Shown here: piece by piece, positions 24,500-37,209 of the stretch
How positions within the stretch are numbered: the first letter of the stretch is position 1
Layout of the letters: every line of letters starts with the position of its first letter
Program-made: the position numbers and the translations under genes
Notes under the pieces: model-generated
Told to the model about the DNA's origin: nothing
Databases searched by the model: none
What the model saw: the letters and a program-made list of their open reading frames with translations, nothing else
From: Octopus vulgaris
Lineage: Eukaryota
DNA length: 64,000 nucleotides
Direction: 5' to 3'
Assembly: GCA_951406725.2 (NCBI GenBank)
Contig: OX597825.1
Location: 61,380,001 to 61,444,000 of the forward strand

Positions 24500-24565
<66 letters not shown>

Positions 24566-24970
24566 GTGTGTATATGTTTGTGTGTGTGTGTTTGTTCCTG
24601 CAGCTTACTCAAGCTGTTTCTTTAAATATTTTCTTATAAATTCTATTTTGGTAATATTGTTTTTCCTTCAAAAAGCAAAACAAAATATTTATTGTACAAC
24701 ATTCATAATTTCACCCTTTATTTTCTTTTCACTGTCATGAAAAATTATTTTGTCTGAGTAGTTTTTAGCAGCCTTTATACTATGAAGTATGAAATTTCAA
24801 AGAATGACACTTTTAAGAGATGATTTTTAAGATCATGAGCAGGTATCTTCTACTAAAGCTCTGGCTGAACCTGAACCTCCAACTAAGGCCTTGTAAGTAA
24901 TTTGGTAGAAGGAAACTGAAAGAAGCCAATCGTAGGTATATTTGAGCGATCAGTTGCAAGAAAACACGTA

Positions 24971-25017
<47 letters not shown>

Positions 25018-25042
25018 ATGTGTGTTTGTGCTTCCTTCTCTT

Positions 25043-25371
25043 AGTGTCTTCTACTGTAGCCTTGGGCTGACCAAAGCCTTGTGAGTGGATTTGGTAGACA
25101 GAAACTGAAAGAAGCCCGTCGCATATATATATGTATATATATATATACGTATGTATGTGTGTGTATATGTTTGTGTGTCTATGTGTGTCTGCCCCAACAG
25201 TGACGCTGGTGTGTTTATGTACATGTAACTTAGCCTTTCAGCAAAAGAGACCGATAGAATAAGTACTAGGCTTACAAAGAATAAGCCCTGGGGTCGATTT
25301 TATCGACTAAAGGCAGTACTCCAGCATTGCCGCAGTCAAATGACTGAAACAAGTAACAGAGTAAAAGAGTA
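25043..25371 (+). mobile_element. SINE family A, 5'-truncated
   Basis: Matches 13540-13870. Confidence 0.8.
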
Positions 25372-26184
25372 AGTACCCATTGAGCACTGGGATTGATGTA
25401 ACTGAGTTGCTGCTTCCCCTCGTGACCTTGTGCCAAAATTCTAAAGAATAATTACTAAAGACCTGAAAGATGTGAACTGGCAAATTTGTTGGACTATCTG
25501 AAAAAATACTTTGCTGCATTTATTTAAGCTTTTTACATCAGTTCAAATCCTGCAGAGGTCAGCTTTGCTTTTTATCCTTTTGAGATCATTAAAAGTGTCA
25601 CTCAAGTATTGTGTCAATGACCATTAAATCCCTCTCCTTAAAACTGCAGGCGCTGTACCTAAATTACCAATGATTGATGGTAATTGAAGACCTGCCATAG
25701 TTGAATCTGTATTTCCTTTCCTAGCAACTCAAGAAATATGCACAACGAAATGGTGAGTGGGTTTGATTCAATTCTGTATCTGTTAAATCAATTAGTTATG
25801 ATGGTCTTGTGCCAGTGTGAGAAAATATTTTAATTGCAGAAGGCGCCAGATTGTTTATGAATTATTGAAACATTATAATCATAGTTCATGTCAAAGTTAT
25901 CATCGCCATTCTTGGCATTGTCATAATCGCCACAGGAAATATACTTGATTGGTATTGGATGAAATATGCATGCATGTGTTTATCTGTGTGCCAATCTTAA
26001 TCTTTGATTTGACACTGTATTGACAGTTCTGACATTGTTTCTGGTTCATACACACACACACACACACACACACACAGAATCCTCCAATAGTGTCATATGA
26101 AATTTTGGACTAAAGTACCTCATTATTTGCATTATTTACATTATTTTCATTTCACAGATATTTGTCCTCATTTTGTTTGTTGTT

Positions 26185-26230
26185 AACACAACGTTTCAGG
26201 TGATATACTCTCCAGCCTTCATCAGGTGTT
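26185..26230 (-). ncRNA. Minimal type I hammerhead ribozyme, intact core
   Basis: aacac CTGATGA aggctggagagtatatcacct GAAAC GT T gtgtt. Stem I is 5 bp, stem III is reduced to the palindrome ACGT, and the triplet is GUU. Confidence 0.85.
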
Positions 26231-26277
26231 TTGGGGAAATTTCGAACCTGGGTTCTCATTCCTAAGGTATTTTTCAA

Positions 26278-26343
<66 letters not shown>

Positions 26344-26389
26344 CATTATTATTGTTATTATTATTATTATTGTTATTATTATTATTATT

Positions 26390-26450
<61 letters not shown>

Positions 26451-26452
<2 letters not shown>

Positions 26453-26765
26453 GAGTGAGAGAGCAGTGCATGCCATCAAAGTGACACTGGGGTAAAATAT
26501 ATGAAGCCCAGTATACCCATCATGACTACCCGTCTGATAAGGGTGCACCAGGCACATGCATCACAACCATATGTGCGTGACATGGTGATCTCATATCAAG
26601 ATAAACAGCACATGACCTTGCAGGTGGGGCCCAGTTAGAATTTTCTTCTGGTCGAGTAACCCAACCTTCTCAAAATGTCCCTGAATAAGGATTGTTTAAG
26701 GATGTTGAATGAAACACCCAGGTTTCCAGAGGTGAATTATTCAAACCCTATGATGCTCCCCACTA

Positions 26766-26766
<1 letters not shown>
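26451..26766 (-). mobile_element. Family C element inserted in an (ATT)n tract
   Basis: Homologous to 16436-16740 with (ATT)n on both sides. Confidence 0.8.
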
Positions 26767-26828
<62 letters not shown>

Positions 26829-27664
26829 CATGGGTATATGGTGTAGTAGTTAAGTTAATGTAAATAATGTACATAATTTCTCATCTCTTAAATATAGAAC
26901 TGTAAAGTACCTCACATGGAAAGAAGAGTTGGCATCAGGAAAAGCACCCTGTTCATCCAATGTCAACAAATTGAAAGTGAATGAATGTGATAATTATGAC
27001 AAAGAAAATTCAGGAAGAAGAGGAGGTGAAACTGCTGCCACTGCTGGTTTTCAGACTCTTTGTAGAATGAGAAACAAAACCTTTCAAAGAGCAGACGAAC
27101 TCAGGAGAGTCAGTTCCTATCCAGTTAAAACCACCAGCAATGAGTATCCCTTAGATATTGTCACTCAGCATCCTCCTAGGAGAAGGACAAACTGATGTAA
27201 AATCTGCAGTTTCACATAATTAAGGATTATCTCAAATTGGCTTATCGCTAGGTATTAATCATAGAAACCTTGGGGAGTGGTACTCATGCTGTACAAGTGT
27301 TTATCCATATAATCTTATGACGTACAGAACATCTTTTCATGGAACTTCATTTTTCATTCCATAAACTGAAATTCTTCTGACAATGGATGAGTGGCGATAA
27401 GTGTAGACTTAACTAGTTGGAAGCACACTGCTATGGAGATCTGCAGTGGGACTGGATGGCCATCTGAGAGGTCATGTATGGAAAGTCTGAAATGCCACTG
27501 ACAATAAGGAAACAAAAAGAGACAGCAGTCATCTGGGAAGATGGAGCAATCACCATATCTGTGTGTGTGCATGTATATATAAATATATATATCTATATAT
27601 ATATATATAAAATGAGGGAATATTATTCCAAGCTTACAAATTGATAAAAGGTGTTTTTTTTCTA

Positions 27665-27714
<50 letters not shown>

Positions 27715-28405
27715 CTCCCTCTGTATACGTATATATATACATATATAAATACGTATACGTATATTGTGTGTGTGTGTGTGTGTGTGTGTGTTTGTAATAT
27801 ATATATATATGGATATACAGTTAGCATTTTTGTTTTCTGTGTTACGTTAAACTGTATCCACAAAAGGTTATGGAAAATATATGTTAATTGTACCCCAGAA
27901 GAATGTTTGACTTTATATAGAACCAGATGGATTAATATTGCAATGGCTGTGATTATACTATTATAGTGTATTTGTTTTTCAAGCCTATCATAAAGAGATA
28001 TATCATTCTTAGTCTAAATATATGTGTTAATATATATATTGAGTTTACTTATTTTCTGCTTACATAAGAAGTCTAACTTACTTCCAGGCTGCAATTAACA
28101 TATATATTCCACAACTATTTGAAATTGAAGTTAGCATAACAGAGGCAAAGAAATTGCTGAACATATATATACATACTTATATATCGTGCATCTGTACATG
28201 CATACAGACACAGACACACACGCACACACACACACACATATACACACACACCATATATCATATATATTCACATACATGTATACATCTATCTATCTATATG
28301 TATATATGCATAATACAGGTGTATATATAGATATACACACACACATATATATATATACATCTATCTATCTATCTGTATGTCTGTCTGTCGGTCTACCTAT
28401 CTATC

Positions 28406-28493
<88 letters not shown>

Positions 28494-28877
28494 TACATAT
28501 ATACATATATATATATATATACATATATATATTTATAAAATAAGAATATAATCAAAAAATGATTATATCAGTGGCCTGGCACATACATATATTATATATA
28601 TATATACATGTATATATCATATGTATATGTATGTATATATATATATACACACATATGTAATATATAAGTATGTGTGTGTGTATGTGTGTAACTGAGTTGA
28701 TTGCTGTAATTCTGTTACCTAGAATATATCACTCTTTAATAAAATAGAATTTATCTTGGGGCATGTTATGATTATGCAAACAGCTGTATGTTGTTTAGAG
28801 ACTATTTAAGTGTTTGTTTAACGTTAGTCTATCATTACCATTATCACCACCACCACCACCACCATCATCATATTAGT

Positions 28878-28977
28878 GAAGGAAGAAGAAGAAGAAGAAG
28901 AAGAAGAAGAAGAAGAAGAAGAAGAAGAAGAAGAAAAAGAAGAAGAAGAAGAAGAAGAAGAAGAAGAAGAAGAAGAA

Positions 28978-29009
<32 letters not shown>

Positions 29010-29043
29010 AGAAGAGGAAGAAGGAGAAGAAGAAGAGGAAGGA

Positions 29044-29078
<35 letters not shown>

Positions 29079-29145
29079 AGAAGAAGAAGAAGAAGAAGAA
29101 GAAGAAGAAGAAGAAGAAGAAGAAGAAGAAGAAGAAGAAGAAGAA
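28878..29145 (+). repeat. (GAA)n polypurine microsatellite, ~270 bp
   Basis: Direct inspection. Interruptions are purine-only (GAG, GGA, AAA). Confidence 0.95.
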
Positions 29146-29437
29146 GGGGGAGAATTAAAGGGTAAAAAGTTAGGGTATTGGAAAATATGTTTTGTAGAAT
29201 TTCTTGTGATATTTACTTTCTGAGTTCAGGCCTACCCAAGGTCAAATTTACCTTACATCTATCTACCTGGTGGTGGTGGTGGGTGGGTCAATAAAATAAA
29301 GGGTTGGCTGATCAAGTACTCAAGTAGCTACTGGCAACTAACCCCACTCCCTCAAAACTGACAGCCTAGTGCCTGTATTAGATATCATCATGATCATCAT
29401 CACCATTACCATTCTCCATCTCCACCTCTTCTTCCTG

Positions 29438-29449
29438 CTGCTACTACTG

Positions 29450-29523
<74 letters not shown>
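29438..29523 (+). repeat. (CTA)n microsatellite
   Basis: Direct inspection. Confidence 0.95.
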
Positions 29524-29524
<1 letters not shown>

Positions 29525-30344
29525 ATCAGCATTGTCATATTCATCATCTTTATTACTATTATTAAAGATGGCAGTAGGTGGCAAGCTGGCAGAATTTGTC
29601 CCCTCTGTGTGTAGCCCCTTGTGGGCAGTGAAAAAATAAAAATTGTTAGCATGCTGGACAGAAGGCTTAATAGTATTTCAACCATCACAACATTCTGAGT
29701 TCAAATTTCACCACAGTTGACTTTGCCTTTCATCCTTTTGGTATCGATAAATTTAGTACCAGTGAAACACTGGGGTCGATGTAATCAACTAGTCCCCCTA
29801 CCATAAAATTTCAGGTCTTGTGCCTATAGTAGAAAGGGTTATTATACATGGCTGAGAAGTTTGCTTCAAACATACACTGTCACCTTCAAGGTAAATATCT
29901 CCTATTATAGCCCTGGGTCAGCCAAAGATTTATGAGGGGGTTTAGTAAATAGAAACTGAAGTAAGCCCTTTATATATATCTTTTATCATTTATCTATTAT
30001 CTTTCACTTGTTTCAGTCATTTGACTGTGGCCATGCTGGGGCACAGCCTTGAAAGGACTTTTTGTTTTTTCAAACCTAGTACTTATTTTATCGTTCACTT
30101 TTTGTTGAACTGCTAAGTCATCGGGACATAAACACACCAATGCTGAGTGTCAAGTGGCGGAGAGGGACAAACACAGACATAAATACACACACACATAGAT
30201 ATATATGGCTGTGTGGTAAGAAGCTTGCTTCTCAACCATATGGTTCTATCCTACTGCACAGCAACTTAGGCAAGTGTCTCTTACTATAACCTTGGGCCGA
30301 CTAAAGCATTGTGAGTAGATTTGGTAGACAGAAACTGAAAGAAG

Positions 30345-30401
<57 letters not shown>

Positions 30402-31164
30402 TGTCTGTATCTATGCATGTTTGTGTGTCTGTATTTGTCCCTCCATCACCGTTGACAACCAGTGTTTGTGTGTTTACATCCCTGTAACTTAGCAGTTGGC
30501 AAAAGACTATGATAGAATAAGTACTAGGCTTAAAAAAATAAGTCCAGAGCAGTTCTATATAAAGATCTTGGTCTTGATGCTCAGAATATATTCTTTCAAG
30601 ATGTTATACAATTCTGAAAATGCAGATTTTATCAGCACTATTTGTCTTTTGATCTCCTTCACACATCTTGTGTCTTCTTTGATCAAAATTCAAAGACAGT
30701 TGAAGAATGGTAGTTGCTTTATGATTTGGTTCTTCACTTTCAGCATGCACTTTGGGTCTCCCTTCTTTGTCATCACCATTCACTCTGTCTTCTGGCAACT
30801 TAGGAACTGACTCTTCCTTTCACTTTCTCTGACAATAACCATCAGAAGTCTCTGTAATTCCTTTTCTGATTCTGCAAGAAAGACTATGCCATTTTTATAT
30901 CATATTTCTTTATTGCCCACAGGGTACTAAACATAGAGGGGACAAACAAGGACAAAGGGATTAAGTCGATTACATTGACCCTGGTGCGTAACTGGTACTT
31001 AATTTATCGACCCCAAAAGGATGAAAGGCAAAGTCGACCTCGGCGGAATTTGAACTCAGAAAATAACGGCCAATGAAATACCTATTTCTTTACTACCCAC
31101 AAGAGGCTAAATACAGAGAGGACAAACAAGGACAGACAAAGGGGGTACAGATATACAAAGCGTA

Positions 31165-31802
31165 ATTAACCCATATGACTACCTATCTGATAAGAGTACA
31201 CCAGGTATATGCATCACAACCATATGTGCATGACATGGGGATCGCATATCAAGATAAACAGTGCATGAACTTGCAGGTGGAGCTCAGAATTTTCTTCAAG
31301 TTGAGATGCTCATCAAATTTAAAAGGCCCCTGAATAATGGTTGTTTAAGGATGTTGAATGAAACAACTATGTTTCCAGTGGGGAATTATTCAGACTCCAA
31401 AGAATTTCACTCAACACATGGTTATGATGCTCCCCCCCCAACTACTTCTGCTCATGATTAGAGATGCACGTAATAGTCACTAAAGGACATGCACAACTGG
31501 TTAAGGTCAAACAAATGAGAATCAAATCTATGGGATTGAGCTGAGTATTTGCTGTAGCCCATTTTTTATGCCAAGCCAAAACTTGCACTAACATAGCTAG
31601 GGATGGGAGTGGGGCGATAGGGGCAGTCTGTCCCAGGCAGCACTCTTAATGGGGCAACACTTTTCATCATGATGTGTTTTTTGTGGGGTCTGGGGTCGGC
31701 ACACATTCTAGCTACACTAGGGGAAACATGTACATGATAACACTTCCAATCAGTTAAGATCAGAAGCCATGAGAGCCAGTACCTGATACTGCATCAGAGC
31801 AT
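31165..31802 (-). mobile_element. Family C element with a ~140-bp GC-rich insertion (31585-31725)
   Basis: Homologous to 16490-16952. The insert is bounded by imperfect inverted 'tagctagg...tctagcta' and may be a decayed MITE. Confidence 0.7.
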
Positions 31803-31819
31803 TATTATTATTATTATTA

Positions 31820-31870
<51 letters not shown>

Positions 31871-32110
31871 GGGCAGTGAACTGGCAGAATCGTTAGCATG
31901 CTAGGAAAAATGCTGAATGGCATTTTGTCCGTCTTTCCTTTGAGTTCATATTCTGCCGAAGCTGACTTTGCTATTCTGGGGGATTCTGGGGGGTCGATAA
32001 AATAAATCCCATTTGGGTGATGGGGGGTCCATGAAATGGCTGGTTTTGTGCCAAAATTTGAAATCATTATCATTATTATTATTATCGCCATCATCGTTGT
32101 CGTCATCATT

Positions 32111-32169
<59 letters not shown>

Positions 32170-32725
32170 TATTATTATTAAGAATAAAAGAAATCAGAAA
32201 ACTCATCGCAACATCATGAGATTATTGTTCATTTTTGTTTCTAGATATTGTTTCTACATCAATACACACTACTTTTGACTTGTATTTCAAGTGATATGTC
32301 CAGCAGAGTAAATACATAAGTGTCTAGACCATTTCTGTTAAAGTAGCCATTTGTATAACTGTCATCAAATAAATAGAAATCTTTGTCTTAAGACATACTC
32401 TTCATTTTATGTCTGTAGCACCTGTTTAATTACATCCGATCACTTCTTTGTTTTCCTTCTTCATTCTTTCTCTCTGTTGTTCCATATCAAATTTATCAAA
32501 ATTGTTGACATATACAGAGGTTGGAGTCTCGTACAAATAAAGCTGACAAAAGAAACATCAAGTTTTCATTTACCAAATGTCATTTATTTGAATCTTTATA
32601 TATGTATGTGTGAGAGTGTGTCAGTAGGTAAGAGATGGAGAGAGAAGAAGTAAGAGATACGTATGTCTATGAATGTTCGTTGGCCACATTTATTCATGTA
32701 TATATATATACACATACATACATAC

Positions 32726-32756
<31 letters not shown>

Positions 32757-32828
32757 AATCTATCTATCTATATATATATATATAATATATATATATGTAT
32801 ATCTATTATATATATATATATCCATCTG

Positions 32829-32876
<48 letters not shown>

Positions 32877-33030
32877 CATATATATATATAAATATATAAG
32901 TTCAGTAAAATTTAGATTCAGTTGGATATGGTACTTAAGTTAAAGGCACCAGAATTTAGTATGGTATTATCCATATAATTCAAAATGGGGTGATTACAAT
33001 CAGAATAAGCAACAAGGATATCCAGAGGTA

Positions 33031-33120
33031 ATGCAGTACGATCGTTTCATGTGACTCCATTTAATTGAACAAAGCAAATATTGCACCAGTTTTAAAATGT
33101 AGAGCAATCTTCAGCTGCAT
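33031..33120 (-). ncRNA. Type I hammerhead ribozyme with extended stem II, intact core
   Basis: atgcag CTGAAGA [~59 nt] GAAA cgatcg TA ctgcat. Stem I is a perfect 6 bp, stem III is the palindrome ACGATCGT, and the triplet is GUA. It lies within a PLE-like AT-rich segment at about 32890-33200. Confidence 0.8.
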
Positions 33121-34010
33121 AAAAATATAGAATTTAGTTAAATTCAAAGGATTCATTTGTATAGTTATTCTATTAACCAAAATCACAAAGAGGATAAGTA
33201 GATAGACAAAGAACATGTTTTATCAGCAACATCATAGTTAAAACTATGTTGTTGATGAAACATTTTTTTTGCTATTGATGAAAAATATCTTTTTTTAGTT
33301 GAAGAAATTGATTCCAGGCCTCAATCTTTGTAAACCTGGTACTTATTCTATCAGTCTCTTTGCCAAACTGCTAAGTTACAAGGACATAAACACACAAGCA
33401 TCAGTTGTCAAGTGATGGTGGGGAACAAACACACACAAAGACACACATATAAATACACACACACACACACACATACACACACACACACATATATATATAT
33501 TTCTTTATTACCCACAAGGGTCTAAACCCAGAGGGGACAAAGAAGGACAGACAAACGGATTAAGTCGATTACATCGACCCCAATGCATAACTGGTACTTA
33601 ATTTATCGACCCGAAAGGATGCAAGGCAAAGTCGACCTCGGCGGAATTTGAACTCAGAACATAACGACAGACGAAATACAGCTACGCATTTCACCCGGCG
33701 TGCTAACGTTTCTGCCAGCTCGATATACGATGGACCTCTTTCAGTTTCTGTCTACCAAGCTATAGTAGAAGAAACTTGCCAAAGGTACCATGCAGAGGGA
33801 TTGAACCTAGAATCATGTGGTCGAGAAGCAAGCTTCTTACCACACGTCCATGCCTGCACCTATATATATATCTAAATGATTATTGGTATGGATGTTAATA
33901 TATAAAGAGGATAGATGATTTGCAAGTTTCAAAGCAGTTATCCTAAATATTTTAGATAAAAATATCCCTTATGCTGTCAGGTATGTGTTCCATACTATAC
34001 TAAAAATAAA

Positions 34011-34183
34011 ACAGTTCTATATTTAAGAGATGAGGAATTATGTACATTATTTACAGTTGACGAATATTTGTCCTCATCTTGTTTGCTGTTAACACAATGT
34101 TTCAGCTGATATACCCTCCAGCCTTCATCAGGTGTCTTGGGGAAATTTCAAACCTGTGTTCTTATTCCTAAGGTATTTTTCTA

Positions 34184-34226
<43 letters not shown>

Positions 34227-34508
34227 GATATTATTATTATTATTATTGTTATTACGTTTATATATTTGTTGTGCAAGATTTTTTATGTGAAATCGAATTG
34301 AACTCAGAATTTTGGGGTTAGTAGCCTGCACACTTAAGCACAGGCATATGGTGTAGTGGTTAACAAAAAAACAAAACCTTAGAAATAAGAAACCCAGGTT
34401 CAAAATTTCCCCAAGACACCTCATGAAGGCTGGAGTGAATATCAGCCAAAACGTTGTGTTAACAACAAACAAGATGAGGACAAATATCCGTCAAATGTAA
34501 ATAATGTA
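34011..34508. mobile_element. Fold-back family F1 with HHR in both arms and tRNA-head remnants at the apex
   Basis: Minus HHR at 34091-34136 and degenerate plus HHR at 34415-34460 (CTCATGA...AAAAcgttgtgtt). tRNA-like pieces lie at 34295-34363. A possible TSD tatactaaa lies at 33996-34004 and 34509-34517. Confidence 0.85.
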
Positions 34509-35779
34509 TATACTAAAGGTGTTGTTTTCATTTATCCAAGGGCAGTCATTTTTGTTGATAGTGCTATGATATTTTAACTTCAATGTCATGTCATAGCACG
34601 AGGTAGTACCTCAGTGATGTTTTTGAACAGCTGCTGATTACATGTGTTATGTTTTCAACAAAAGAGTAATATAATGAAGACTTGCAGTTGCATTTTGGAA
34701 TATTAAGTGTTTCATTGTCCTCTTTGTTCATGAGATATTTGGCAGCTGTCTCCTGCACTTCGATGGCAAAACATAGCGTTTAATATGTGACATGATATAG
34801 TGGTTACAAATCGAGGAGAAGCTACACTTCATGCTAATATTGTCATCTTTTCTAATAGTATTAAATTAATGCAGCATTCTGCATATTATACTTGATGTAA
34901 ATACATGAAAGCAATCAAATTGCCTGTGGTATTTGTCTGAAGATAATATCTGCTATGGTCTTAGCATTTAAACAACACAAAAATATATTATTAAAAAAAA
35001 CCATTCAGTACTGCTGGACTGAATGCTAAATGTGCATTTCTGCCATTTTGGACCTTTTTAAAAGCACATTACTAATACAGGAAAACTGTGATTAAAAAAT
35101 CACTGATGTTGCAATTAGCCAGCCTGCTGAATAAAAATTTATTATGAGCAACAAAACCAATATCAGATTAACATAACATTCTGTGAATCATACTTAATAT
35201 AAATACTCCTTGAAAAGCCAAATGGATTGTGGTATTTGACAGTAGATAATATTCCGTATAGAATTAATATCCACTTTCCATGCGAGCATATTTTGAATGG
35301 GTCATCACCGTCTAAAACACTTATTATTTGGAGTCATTACTTTTAAAAACTGGTGCTGATATATGTGTAATTTGTCTTAGTTTTACCAGCCAGATAGCCT
35401 TTCTAATGCCAACTGCTTTACAGAGTGTACTGGGTACATTTTCTTGCATACTTATCTCTGCACTTTTTTTGTGCACACAACAGGTGGTAGAAAGATATGT
35501 GGTATGATGAAAGGAGACAGCAGCAGGAAATGAGCAATAGAGAGGTGATAATCAAGTGAGTATACAAGGTAAAGTAGACTTGACAGTGTGTGTGTATGTG
35601 TGTGTATATGTGTGTGTGTATATATATATAATATTAAAATAAAAACCACAAATTTTCTAAATAAAACTACCCAGGTGGAATAAATTAATTTTTAATCAGG
35701 AAATCCTGGGTAACTGTATTTACAAGATTTGTGGGCTTTTTTCTTTCCTCTCTTAGCAGATCGAATGCTTTTCTACTGC

Positions 35780-35863
35780 AGGGCAAGTACCTTCTACTGT
35801 AGCCTCGGGCTGATCAAAGCCTTGTGAATGGATTTTGTAGGTGGAAACTGAAAAAAGTCTGTC

Positions 35864-35942
<79 letters not shown>

Positions 35943-36170
35943 TATATATATGTATATATTTCAGTGTGTGTCTGTTTTTGTCCCTCCTCTATTGCTTGAC
36001 AACCGATGTTGGTGTGTATATGTCCCTGTAACTTAGTGGTTCGACAAAAGGGAATGATAAAATAAATACTAGGCTTACAAAAAATAAGTACTGGGGTTGA
36101 TTTGTGTGACTAAAGGCAGTGCTCAAGCATGGCCTCAATCAAAATAAATGAAACAAGTAAAAGAATAAAG
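35780..36170 (+). mobile_element. SINE family A, 5'-truncated
   Basis: Matches 13535-13860. Confidence 0.8.
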
Positions 36171-37209
36171 ACATATATATATATATACATACATATATAT
36201 ACATATTTCTATATAGTCATACACATACATATATAATATATATATGCATATATATACATACATATGCAGGCACAGTATTTATAGCATGAGACATAAAAGT
36301 TTTTCTTACCCATCACTATTAATTCCCAAAATAAAGAAAATATCAATACATGAAATATAACATTTATATATATATAAAAGAAAGCAATGAAGACTGCAAG
36401 CATGTTTGATTTTGTATGATATGTAATGACATAATACTTGGTGCTAGCAGTATTTCACGTTTGGTTTTATTGTAGAACAATATTATTTCTCTTCTAAAAT
36501 TAAGACAGATACTTTGTATAGAAATCACAACACTACACCAATTCTTTTCTGAAGAATGCCAATTCTTTAAGTATGCCATTTCTTACTAATGCTTATAAAC
36601 TTATATGGAAATGACTTATAATCTGGGAAAGTATGAAATTACTTTTAAGCTACTTTGACGATGAAGTTTTAAGTTGTTGGAAGAAAAATATGAAAAATAT
36701 GCAATGGTAATTTCATGTTTCTGGAAATATTATGGATGATCAAGCCCATAGCTTGGGACTTGTCATGTGATATTCTGTGATCCTCTTACTCCATATGCTA
36801 GAGTTGTAGCAAACATGCTCAAAACTAATTTCTATTCTATAACAATTGTAACATAAATGCCAACCTAGTTGTGAATATCATAACAATTTCTTTCAAACAA
36901 TGTGTTTTCTTTGAAGTAATTATTTATTTAATTTTCATCTCTCTATTTGTTTATTTCATGTTTTCTTTTGTTTTTTTTGTGTGTGGGTGTGAGAAAATAA
37001 ATTTTTAATAAGTTTGTTTCCATATTTGTTTTTAATTTTATTTTTTTTACACTTCTGGAAATTGAGATTCTACTTCCTTCTTCAGCATCTTAACATTTAA
37101 CTTTTCTATATGTTCTAAATAGATTCTATGTGTAGCATACAGGTGTGTGTGGTGTATCTATGTGTATTCATAACACAGATATATACACAAAGACATATAT
37201 ATATATATA

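Larger units (their letters stand above)
24374..24505. repeat. Perfect 132-bp palindrome with no spacer, centred on AAG|CTT
   Basis: Checked base by base: the two 66-bp arms are exact reverse complements, with the centre between 24439 and 24440. Confidence 0.95.
24119..24598 (+). mobile_element. SINE family A interrupted in its TA tract by the double-HHR palindrome element
   Basis: Head at 24119-24282. The body resumes at about 24565 after the insertion at 24309-24505. Confidence 0.8.
26123..26902. mobile_element. Fold-back family F1 with 12-bp TSD, carrying a nested family C insertion
   Basis: TSD taaagtacctca at 26111-26122 and 26903-26914. The minus arm carries an HHR. The plus arm starts with the tRNA-head remnant 'gggtatatggtgtagtagttaa' at about 26831. 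Confidence 0.9.

Noticed and set aside
28788-29223. Poly-Arg and poly-Glu ORFs (protamine-like appearance)
   Set aside because: They are translations of a (GAA)n microsatellite.
34561-34615. Hairpin gtgctatga...tcatagcac and gaggtagtacctc (let-7 seed-like)
   Set aside because: The stem is too short for a pre-miRNA and the sequence does not match let-7 beyond the seed.
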